Shown: piece by piece, positions 23,901 through 31,820 of the stretch
Layout of the letters: every line of letters starts with the position of its first letter
Position numbering within the stretch: position 1 is the first letter of the stretch
Assembly (NCBI GenBank): GCA_032718475.1
Contig: JAUCBJ010004884.1
Span: 24,012-88,011, forward strand
Source: Nemertoderma westbladi
Taxonomy: Eukaryota > Animalia > Xenacoelomorpha
DNA length: 64,000 bases
Direction of reading: 5' to 3'
Notes under the pieces: generated by a model
Told to the model about the DNA's origin: nothing
Database searches by the model: none
Seen by the model: only the letters and a program-made list of their open reading frames with translations
Made by a program: the position numbers and the translations under genes

Positions 23901-24759
23901 CACATGTATGTCCAGTAGGGCAGTTCATATTGAACGTGTGATGGATCTTTCCACCAACGCGTTTATACTAGCATTGCGGCGATTTATCGCTAGACGCGGA
24001 CTAGTGAAATGCTTGTACTCAGACCAAGGGACAAACTTTGTTGGTGCTCGGAATGAGATTGCTAGAGCCCTTAAGAAATTAGATCATGATCAAATCTCGA
24101 ACGAACTACAACCTCATAAGATTGTTTGGAAGTTTAATCCTCCAGATAGTCCATGGAGAGGCGGAGTCTGGGAGAGATTGATTAGATCTATCAAGACAGC
24201 CATGGCAAAGGTCATTCCAGTAAACCACATACTGACAGACGACCAACTGACAACATTGTTTGTTGAAATCGAGGCAATACTAAATACTAGACCAATAGTA
24301 TTAGTACCCGATGACAAACAATCTCAATTTGCTTTAACACCGGCACACCTGCTAATGCAGGCACCGACCACTTTGACGCCGATTTCTATTCCAATAGAAA
24401 GCGATAGCTACGGTAGAAAAGCGTGGAAAATCACGCAACTACTGGCTAACAAATTCTGGGAAATATGGCAAAACCATTATTTGTCCTCTATTTCTGCCAG
24501 AACAACATGGTACAATAATACCCGCGCATTAAAGCCGGGAGATCACGTGCTGTTAGCAGAAGTGATTCTAAAAAGACGCTTCTGGATAACAGGTGTAATT
24601 TTAGCCACACATCCATCTATGGATGGAGTGACAAGAACTGTGACGGTACGGACAATTGACGGTCGTACAGTAGACAGACCGACTCAACGTCTCGTACTTC
24701 TTGAAGAGACTCGTAACGAGTCTGGAGACTACAAATCTCCACCTAATACTAGTAAATAA
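17962..24759 (+). CDS. BEL/Pao-type Gag-protease-integrase polyprotein lacking RT and RNase H (2265 aa, uninterrupted)
   Basis: Coiled coil; PPKFSG..HWHTF (DUF1759-like); three Cys/His knuckles; protease AILDSAS..LIGTD; a low-complexity/repeat linker with no YxDD; then HHCC (HLHLKH..CIIC), catalytic IDCFGP / SDQGTNF / GGVWERL and the BEL integrase C-terminal domain. Confidence 0.92.
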   Translation: MSDKQDYTKNTQTDYDSCDADKSAAEEQQGKTREPTKPTPCASPVHPAGVPDAVVRGDGRTEDFLTVPQPRYRETDMVSSAGSQESVVRSVGGYMAHITRSIGEGQRILDELTAPMSRFEFYTLQVRVQTRVHKSVDNLIGLQDLARQRQDMDTQLRILEKLMIAREKLIQFKSTIRQTQQEQVDQLLGESVSDELLQPEEEQELYRLDEQLKHLTDHLRMCGEDVGDLETVPEYTRETSPVRIESAPGILDQSLVSIRSEIGEISIVTSEISRQQQQHDRQQREDEEQAQLLTAQAAVEEEKLRVANVARISHLQEQAELEAAEMERLELDIAQQAAAAELAQRTAAAAAELERQRLVSEARAEMKKRQIKAQSAIRQAEFEAQQQQTEQREKEVKLHFELGKKARELANAKEDLDLQARDRSMRSRDGHDLDQIEVRHRQIQERKKEGSVGAPGRERQLVKDLCQRFPQVTHMFAPVTTKEPVSIAGSSNISPIHGATEHRFVIPDKFTPPRATSSPIPKVKVSNPPITDRSSLLTGPALLTTKQVSPPSTPKPVTHYAYPMTFRPARQVDSAVARPPVQFTSQSTTSRKTCEPTEQRRTVDTRPVQFTSQSTTSRKTCEPTEQWRTVDTRPVQFTSQSTTSRKTCEPTEQRRTVDDIPKRNVRIRTTQRTRARRPPYPDDSSTSSESDYPKREVFRTGAADEYKRERSDNSFVDNPPQNTPTQKALQPTDAISTQQFADILRPVVNKLAQIEERLEEGYTDSSRNSEFEHNRHPNEPQRPVPSKHTSYQGKAPRRENINQVTNQGRETLNVAEEIAKFAARQGLPVQQPPKFSGSSKHWHTFVDYIESQIAVCAFTSREKFNYLLQTLSGEPKRLAETFVGVPDAFELAYDRLTSIYGGTVSMARSVIEELCKGGAITKPVDLLKLADEIRNAITTLRSIGQLDYGNTPTVLLKIIGRLHHRLRREWRKIEYQREERGGFLKLEDVYLLISREAVVETRSNYTDQHIVAEGITLPSSNRQKPQTTSTKTATYATPTESRQFSDGSRVSAPIGTKQTRQQLGTDFSGCQYCEHLGKRYIGHKLRSCRQFRELNSEERRLQIRPLDSCWRCTRHGHVRKDCPNTDTCPSCGRNHDGLLHTDSHTPTKRFAREHPEAAARCDAAYRKRESKTTPTFVTHIEDCFSEQSGSSDEESEDDDVYSDGDEQPSIALLTTDQLKGFSVIPIKITGTKGSKRIYAILDSASSHSYVDEKIADVVTDLRQGKRVSYTVSSMHGQRAIPVTRVKLDLDSLLPKSQHSERERSLLPFKDLTFAATKDFSNLLGPVPEQSLEDRKYFRHLGVPECPVNYRSVAMLIGTDQFNLHQVWETRPSAVVAGNAYACRTPIGWYTRAPVRTLDVSDEEEDVQSTCSLLTTNSIHSFSHDVDHTTLHTRHDRRVTSMISHKEQLIHQVRKSIQHWPPLYDNKSNTIPKDAEIKKPKEGKAKKKTTAAKLKKKPKAKWKDITSKVKRGRLASLSTPDISPDGQPDTLPDGQRDTLLDGQPDVLPDISQNVLPDTSDILTNSKAAVSLLERPSIDKQPDTLPDVSPDTLLDSRLDILSETSQNVLPDISNVLTNSKAAVSLLERPCIDKLPNLTHLSNHKHGETSCIADVGSTYANVNTGVTLRSRDIPNLQPMVKPGINVGRKISLPKPADPIEFKPPLTIDLQGTDNQGKKTKKDKLLVDPDGSTVNKGILTGGPVGPSSNSKPSKISIELPDDVTNTHVDRIVNLTDSWTNACRKLAWIVRFVQYVKGKRDFTRRLTLAEIDRCEIKLIRHYQLRYFAREFTSINQGQPIKSSPILSWSPIIYNGLLCHKSRLQNIDFNTNFRYPIIIPQHHELQRAMILDAHLHLKHAGRHHCLSYLRTRFVLIRPSKALSSVTRTCIICKKVHSRIGTQEMSELPQARLQAFRPPFTETGIDCFGPIHTKRGRILVKRWGLIFTCMSSRAVHIERVMDLSTNAFILALRRFIARRGLVKCLYSDQGTNFVGARNEIARALKKLDHDQISNELQPHKIVWKFNPPDSPWRGGVWERLIRSIKTAMAKVIPVNHILTDDQLTTLFVEIEAILNTRPIVLVPDDKQSQFALTPAHLLMQAPTTLTPISIPIESDSYGRKAWKITQLLANKFWEIWQNHYLSSISARTTWYNNTRALKPGDHVLLAEVILKRRFWITGVILATHPSMDGVTRTVTVRTIDGRTVDRPTQRLVLLEETRNESGDYKSPPNTSK
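19696..19936 (+). repeat. 81-bp (27-aa) in-frame tandem repeat, 3 copies, in gag
   Basis: RPVQFTSQSTTSRKTCEPTEQRRTVDT repeated three times. Confidence 0.95.
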
Positions 24760-25418
24760 TTAGGAGTTTACAAACAGATTTCCACTTACCTGTACACTGT
24801 AGTAAGGACAGCGGTAGAATTCCATTGTCTTTATATGTCAACATTGAGGGTAGTACCCTTATGTGTCACATAGGAGCGGGATTTGTAGGTATAAGAAATG
24901 GAATTCTACTTGGAACTCACAATATTGAGACATTTTCGAAATTTTAGACAATCCATTTGGATTTGAAAAATTTTTAAAAATTTTCTCCAGTGAATATATT
25001 TCAGGGTACAGTCGGGTGGAACTTAAAATTAGAGAAACAAGAGAGGAAGACTTGCGAGCCTTTCTTAAAATTTTAATTAAATTTTACACGGTCTTGTTTC
25101 AATAAGTTACGTCAAAATAGACTCCCCTATATTTATTACTAATTCTTGACTGCTTATTTTCTGATAATAGTTTGGGATCAAAAAGTGAGTATTTTAGACT
25201 CACAGCCAGTTTAGCCCAAATTCGTTTTTATTTCGGCAAAAATTTTAGATAAGAAGCAGCGTGTCATTAAAGAAACCCTAGATCTTAGGCTATGGGTAGG
25301 AGGTTAGAGCGTTGTCAAGCCCAAAGGGCAGACGAAACTCTCATGTCTCCTCACAACTAACTACAAACTCTGTTGTATTCCCTCTAGTAGTAATGATTAT
25401 GTAACTACACCCCTAATT

Positions 25419-28253
25419 ATGGAGAAAGGGATACAAGGAGAGCCGAGATGGGGATATGATATCCAGGAGGAGGCAGCAGCGCCATTCGAAAGATTTGGAG
25501 CCAAGGACTATACTATATTTGGTATAAAGGAATTATCGGAAAGTACAGCGAAACTCGCGAGAACTAAATATGACTCGAACGTATTAAAGAGAAGGCAAAA
25601 TGCATTAAACGAAAGAATCGAAAGTTTGCGCCAAACCTTCAACGAACTTTACCCGTACGACGCTTTGTGTGATACGGGAGACATTAGCGAAGACCCCGAT
25701 ACCGAAATTAGTCGTTTGTATCATACCATGCAATACCTAAAGGCGCACGAACCTATGCCCGCGGTAAGAGATGAATTCGATGGAATGCATCTTTACAGAC
25801 GAACTCGAGGGGATGATAGAGAAACCAAGGAAGCATTTTCAGTGTATAAACTTTATTATCAATGCGGTTCTTGTATGCGCGAACAACGAAATGCGATTCC
25901 GATGCGTTTGAATAAGGAAAATCCCGAACCGATATTGGCGAGGTGTTCGAATCATCAACAACTACGCTACCAGGAAGGAGGGTATCCTTTATCGAATCCA
26001 TATCATTCATTTGCTATGACCGGACCAAAAGCGGGAGAAACTGTCATTTACCCACCTAAGGTTGTTGAACCCGATGTATTTGAACTTACGCTGGACGAGG
26101 CAAATCAGTCAACCCGCGAAAAGAAAGAAGCTCTTAGCCTATACAGAGCCTACAAGGCTTTCGAGAAAGGTGAGATGGAAGAATGGGGCGGAAGACTCGC
26201 GAGCCTACCTTGCCATTGGACGTCACACGATCAAACTCCAGCTAAGGAGATGACACCGGAAGTTTTCGAGAGCATAAACTTTGCTCAAAACGTTATTCAG
26301 AGACTACAGATTGCATCCCCGGAGAGGACCAGAGAAATGCAACCGTATAGTACTTCAACTACGAAACCATTGAGTACGACACTCAACTTTCCTATTAGTA
26401 TACCAGTCCGACAGGATACGACGTACGAAATACCCATCGTGGATCATCCAGAAATCATTTCGAACTTGGAGTTTCTTCCTGCAGTTGTTTTCAGCGATAT
26501 GAGTAAGATATATGATTTACGTAGACATATTACTCAAAAGGTCGTGTACAACGTTCCACCTCATATTCAAGATTTCAAGGAACTGGATAGAGCTGGTGCC
26601 GATATAGCTCCGAGTAATCTGAAAGGATATTTAACCAAGACGATTCGTTTATGGATTGGAACCGGAACCTTCGAGTCGGATACAGATATTGCCGCAGATT
26701 GGCGAGGTAAGGTTATTCGTTTCGAAGATGATAAGGACATAGAGAAGATTTGGCAACCTTCGGAAGAATTGTTGGATGAATGGAATAGGACGTTTAGATC
26801 GTTTCAGGAAAACGGTTACATGTTTTACGATAACGAGGGCGGCAGTCATCAGCAGAGTTTGACTTCTAAGACTATACAGATTAGAGCGGCGGACGGAGTC
26901 CTGCACGTTTTCAGTAGACAGAGGAGCGACAAACGAATGCCGATACCTCCAGCGAATACAAAGCGACACCATCTTATCACCGATATAGTAAAGAAGATGG
27001 ACCAAGCTTGTAATATCGACGCTAGAATGCTACCGAAGATGGTAAGAAACATGATTTTAGATAAAACTGTTGTAAAGATTGGATCAGGAGTAAGGGAGGA
27101 TTTAATTAGCGACTTCGCCGGCATGACGGACAGCGATGACCGACTACCGACACCTTACGTCGACACTCGACCTCTTATTTTGTGGTCTATAGAACAGGGA
27201 TATTTTCGTGAGTATAATACTCAGAAGACTGGAACTGGATACATTTCCTACCTGTTATTCAATTGGGATTATAAGGAAAATAAGAGAAACAAGTATATTG
27301 AAACTTATGGAGAAGGTGATACTCCAGATATGAGTGAGTTTGAATCACAGCTTAAATGGAGAGGATGCGTGTATTGGGCTATTACGTCACCTCCAAGAGC
27401 GGTCTTACAATATTATTTAGCAATAGAGTCGTCAGTGAATGTTTGCCTAATCGCCGACATTGTGTCTCGGACTCTCAAAAGACATCCACTTTGTCTCGGA
27501 GATGATCATACGTTCTACATGGAAGGGAGAATTCGTACCGACGTGTTTAGACGATTCCTTGAACCCTTCTACAACTCCGACGCTCAGTGTAATGCCTTTA
27601 CTCGAGCAGGATTTAGTATATTTCGAGATGTGTATCTTCGCTGTGCGGGATCTCTTATCGAAAGACCATCTATGTTTACATTGTTACCCTATGAAGGAGA
27701 ACGTATCGTGGAGATTACGGAAGAATCACGGCAGACGCGCGCGCCTATCGGTCACCTCGGTGATGATTTCGAAGTAACTACTACGATCGCTGACGATCCT
27801 TTAGAGGAACTTCTTGAGATAGAAAGGAACCTCCCGAAGAAATCTCAGACGGAGATTCGACAACTTGAAGCAACAGATGCTATAGTTTGTATACAACCTT
27901 CAGAAACCTACCAACCCATAGACCCAGATGATTACGATTATAGTGTGGGAGGAAGCGCTCGACCGATTGGAGATCTTATATACGAACGAGTGTGGTACCC
28001 TGCCAATACGATGTGTAGTAAATGTGGCGTCGCTGGACATCATATGACAAAGTGCAGTGGAAAGCACATTACTACGACTCAGCTAATCTGTGGATGGTGT
28101 GGGGATCAAGGGTCTCATACCTTTTATACTTGCTGGAGATTTATGGCTCAATGTACTTACTGCAATATAAAAGGACATCGAGCATCTGAATGCCAACTAA
28201 GAGACATACCTTATGAACACGAATCTGTAAAACTCGTGAGGAAATTATTTTGA
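25419..28253 (+). CDS. Element B ORF2: DEDD (DnaQ-like, WRN/EXD/mut-7-type) 3'-5' exonuclease-like domain plus three CCHC zinc knuckles
   Basis: ExoI-like YMFYDNEG...TIQIRA; ExoII-like LPKMVRNMILDKTVVKIGSGVREDL; ExoIII-like YYLAIE; knuckles CSKCGVAGHHMTKC, CGWCGDQGSHTFYTC and CTYCNIKGHRASEC. Confidence 0.7.
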   Translation: MEKGIQGEPRWGYDIQEEAAAPFERFGAKDYTIFGIKELSESTAKLARTKYDSNVLKRRQNALNERIESLRQTFNELYPYDALCDTGDISEDPDTEISRLYHTMQYLKAHEPMPAVRDEFDGMHLYRRTRGDDRETKEAFSVYKLYYQCGSCMREQRNAIPMRLNKENPEPILARCSNHQQLRYQEGGYPLSNPYHSFAMTGPKAGETVIYPPKVVEPDVFELTLDEANQSTREKKEALSLYRAYKAFEKGEMEEWGGRLASLPCHWTSHDQTPAKEMTPEVFESINFAQNVIQRLQIASPERTREMQPYSTSTTKPLSTTLNFPISIPVRQDTTYEIPIVDHPEIISNLEFLPAVVFSDMSKIYDLRRHITQKVVYNVPPHIQDFKELDRAGADIAPSNLKGYLTKTIRLWIGTGTFESDTDIAADWRGKVIRFEDDKDIEKIWQPSEELLDEWNRTFRSFQENGYMFYDNEGGSHQQSLTSKTIQIRAADGVLHVFSRQRSDKRMPIPPANTKRHHLITDIVKKMDQACNIDARMLPKMVRNMILDKTVVKIGSGVREDLISDFAGMTDSDDRLPTPYVDTRPLILWSIEQGYFREYNTQKTGTGYISYLLFNWDYKENKRNKYIETYGEGDTPDMSEFESQLKWRGCVYWAITSPPRAVLQYYLAIESSVNVCLIADIVSRTLKRHPLCLGDDHTFYMEGRIRTDVFRRFLEPFYNSDAQCNAFTRAGFSIFRDVYLRCAGSLIERPSMFTLLPYEGERIVEITEESRQTRAPIGHLGDDFEVTTTIADDPLEELLEIERNLPKKSQTEIRQLEATDAIVCIQPSETYQPIDPDDYDYSVGGSARPIGDLIYERVWYPANTMCSKCGVAGHHMTKCSGKHITTTQLICGWCGDQGSHTFYTCWRFMAQCTYCNIKGHRASECQLRDIPYEHESVKLVRKLF

Positions 28254-29068
28254 TGAGTGGGAAGATTTAGCCGACGAACATGTATCGGCACAAAGAAGAC
28301 GGTTTCCGATGAGAGCGCATCTCGGATTTTGGGCGGCAAATCCTCAAACGATGATGTCGGAAGGATATATCTCCGCTATGCCCCAATATGACGAACTTAT
28401 CGAGGTTGTCGATATATTGCCCCACGACAGCGGATTCCGAGTGGTGCGCGAGTATCTACTACAGATTCACCCGGATAACAAAAACACGTGGAATTTTCAG
28501 AAAGTCGTTAACCGCATTACGTATGGTGAATTATAAACGTATACGAGCGAGCGTATTCGAGGAAGAGGAGGTCCTAGAGGCGACAAATATACCAGCCACT
28601 CCGGTTGCGCCGTCTGCACGTCACCCTCGGGAGGACGGACAGGGTAAGATCATACGGGTCCAGAAAGTGGGCCAACAATTAAAGAAAATTATTAATATAG
28701 AAGAACGCAAGGGAGTTGAGCCGACCATTCGAGTTACTCGAGATACGGTATCGCTTCCAAGAGAACCAGTAGGAGGATCGGGACATACACCAGCTGATCA
28801 ACAGGGGGCGCAAGCTACTCTTGGGTCTGCGTCGTCCGCTTCTCGCGCGTTCCCAGACGTTCTACCAACTGTAGTGACAACTGATCGGTCACGAGGAATC
28901 GGTCGAGGTTTTGGGATGCCAAATAGACGAATTTGCGAAGAAATAGTCGCACCGTCTCTCAACGTCCCAAGTAAACCAGTGACTCGCCCCATTAGTCCCA
29001 TATCGCGAGCAAAGTCACCTGTGCGCAGTTTTCGAGGACGCGGCAGGGCTCGATCCACTAAGCGATAA
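28254..29068 (+). CDS. Probable frameshifted C-terminal continuation of ORF2 (or a separate ORF3) with an Arg/Ser/Pro-rich basic tail
   Basis: Removing one T from TTATTTTGATGAG joins KLF to DEWEDLADEH...MRAHLGFW (to 28536); an overlapping frame then runs to RGRGRARSTKR* at 29068. Confidence 0.5.
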
Positions 29069-29917
29069 AAGGGAGGGCAAGGGTGGACGGAAGACTCGTG
29101 AGCCTTTCTTATGATTTTGTGATTTATTTGAATTTATATTTATATTCGTGTTTATTCCGAACTTATGCAATTTGTATTGTTCCGAATTTATGAAATTTAG
29201 AAATAAGAACTCATATTTAGTAAAACTTATATTTGGTAAGACTTATATTTGTAAGAATTTATATTTTATATTTGTAATTATTCCGAACTTATGCAATTTA
29301 TATTATTCCGAACTTATGCAATTTATATTGTTCCGAATATTATGCAATTTATATCTTATAAGTAGTATTTGTATTTACAGTGAAATAGAAAGTAAGAGTA
29401 GATGGAAGACTCGTGGGCCTTTCTTATAGTTTCATTTGTAAAGTGTTATATTTTGTATTTAGAAAGTTTTATAGTCAGAAAGTTTTGTGCTTAGAAAGAC
29501 TCATATTTGTAATTATTCCAAACTTATGCAATCTACATTTAGGTACGAAAGTATTTGTAATTATTTTGTATTTATGCAATATTTGAGATGCAATAGTAGA
29601 TGGAAGACTCGCGAGCCTTTCTTATTGTTTTCATTTATTTGTATTTGTAATTGTTTGAATTTATGCAATATTGAGATGCAATAGATTTATATTGGTGAAT
29701 TTAGTTTAGATTTATATTGTACTTACTTAGTAAAGCCTTAAATACGTAAAGTTTGAATTTGTAATTATTTTGTATCGAATCATTACGTAGAAAGGAAGTA
29801 TTATTTGAAATTTAATTTGTAAATATGTAAGTAAGCCCTAAGTATTCTATAGTTTGATTGATTATTGGTGAAAACCGTATATTTTATGCACGATAATATC
29901 CTGTTTTCATGGAGCGG

Positions 29918-31815
29918 TATAGAATTATATTCCCTAAATGCCGTGGATTTTCAAAATTTTATTTTTATTCGAATTAACTTTGTAAAGATTGCTTTGAGTT
30001 CTCATTCGTATTTGTTCTATCATTTGTACGCCTATTGGTCAAGTGGTTCAGTAGCTCAGTCGGTAGAGCGTTGGAAATTATATGTGTAGTAGGTGTTGAG
30101 TTCGAATCCTAGTAAGTGCGAATTATTTTTTGTGCAGAATTTCAACTCATTTAAATTGACCGCTACAAATTAAATTGCATTCGTTTGTACCTAGATTAAC
30201 CAATGAGACTGCAGTTATTAGATTGTATCCAATGTCGTGCAAGTTATACATTAGCTGGACCAATGGTTATCTTTAAAAACCCAATATAATTATAGAATGT
30301 TCTCGATTGATTGCAGCACAAATTTGCTATATAAAGGTGCGATTTGTTCATTAGTTATCTCATTGCTCTAACTCGTTGCAATTCATTCTATTGAGTTATC
30401 TGATTTTGTTTATTCTGTCATTAGTTCTCAGATTACATTTTGTATTATTATCTGCAATAAATTCAGAAATACCGCTATCTGCTTTTCTTTTACCATGATT
30501 CACTACGGTGAACCCAGCTAAGGGACAGGATGGCCAGCTAGAGATCGGGCCGCAGCAATGAACGGGAACATCACGGGAATGTAGGCAAGAGACAACCCGC
30601 AATACCATCTTGAGTTATTCGCCCATCGCCTGAAAGGTTAGACAGCGTTCGACGCCTTGCTACCTAAGTATAAGACCAAAAGATCAAAAGGTAGAAGTAG
30701 TGACACGCTGTGAGCCTAAAATTACATCTTAGGGACTGTACTGTCTTGATTCAGGAAAAAACCACAGTAGACCTTCACATTCCTACGGGGGGGAGAGAGA
30801 GAGCGCAGGCAGATACTAGTACGCAGATAGGACGTAGGCACACCGGTACGAAGCATACAAATTGGTAGGGTGCAGCAAACTGTACGCCTAACTCTTGCTA
30901 AGTACAGGTGTGTGTGCGACTATTTGTAGTACGACAGTGTCCATTGCATTAGAACTTGTAGGCTAGGGGGGTTGCTGTGTTTTCACCTGAATTGGGATTG
31001 TACCGTTCAGGCGGTAGGGCAGTTTACAGCTAGGCGCAAATAAATTGAGGCTATTAGGGATACTAACATCTACCGTGTCCCCGCCAACGCCCTAATAGGA
31101 AGTTACCCGGACTACCTGGGTGACTAAAATTCTAGATAGGAGCCAGGATAGCTATTAGTAACTGTACGCCTACAGTAGTAAACTAACACATCTCTTCTTA
31201 GTATCAGGGACCTGGTACCTAAAATTGCCGAATTCTGGGCGTAGCATTAACCTTATGCCTGAATTTGAGTCCTGGAAATACGCAAGAGGGGAAGGAACCT
31301 TATCATTCGTGAGTATTGGAACTACAAGTTGCAAAATTAGAATATTCATAAAATGCACACCGTACCCAGTAATTATATATGTGAAGGAGCAAAACTGTTT
31401 TTGACCGTTCAGAATTAACACACGCGCGTTAGAAATTTATTTACACCTCAAAATATATAAAATTAACTTTTGTCCGTACTGTGCTTTGCCCGCTAGTTAG
31501 ACATCTCCAAATCTCTGCCTGTACCTAGCTAGCGTCTCTTCGCCCAAACCATATAAATCACACCGCGGCAAACTGTACGAGCCCCTTAGTCCGTCAGTGA
31601 GTCAGCCTGATTTTAGGATTCGCTGCGCGGGATTTTGTTTTATCGAAGTTTGTCTGCTCGTAGACTGTTTTCTGCCTCACTGGTTATAAGAGATCGATAC
31701 TGCAATATATTCGCTTACTTAGAGTTTACTGTTTTGGTGAGAAGGTCGGATTTATGATTTGATTTACAAACTTTACAGTAAGATATTGCAGGTATTGTTA
31801 CGGTCTCTTCGAATA
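29918..31815 (+). repeat. 3' LTR of element B (1898 bp)
   Basis: Direct repeat of 15238-17136; preceded only by a short purine-rich ATGGAGCGG. Confidence 0.95.
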
Positions 31816-31820
31816 GAAGG

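Larger units (their letters stand above)
15238..31815 (+). mobile_element. Element B: RT-less BEL/Pao-derived LTR element with an extra exonuclease-like ORF, nested in element A
   Basis: ~1.9-kb LTRs at 15238-17136 and 29918-31815; 5-bp TSD GAAGG at 15233-15237 and 31816-31820; removing B restores element A's frame as YEQGR|YSVALPWK. Confidence 0.95.

Noticed and set aside
25419-28253. env gene
   Set aside because: No signal peptide or transmembrane segment; the motifs fit a nuclease plus zinc knuckles
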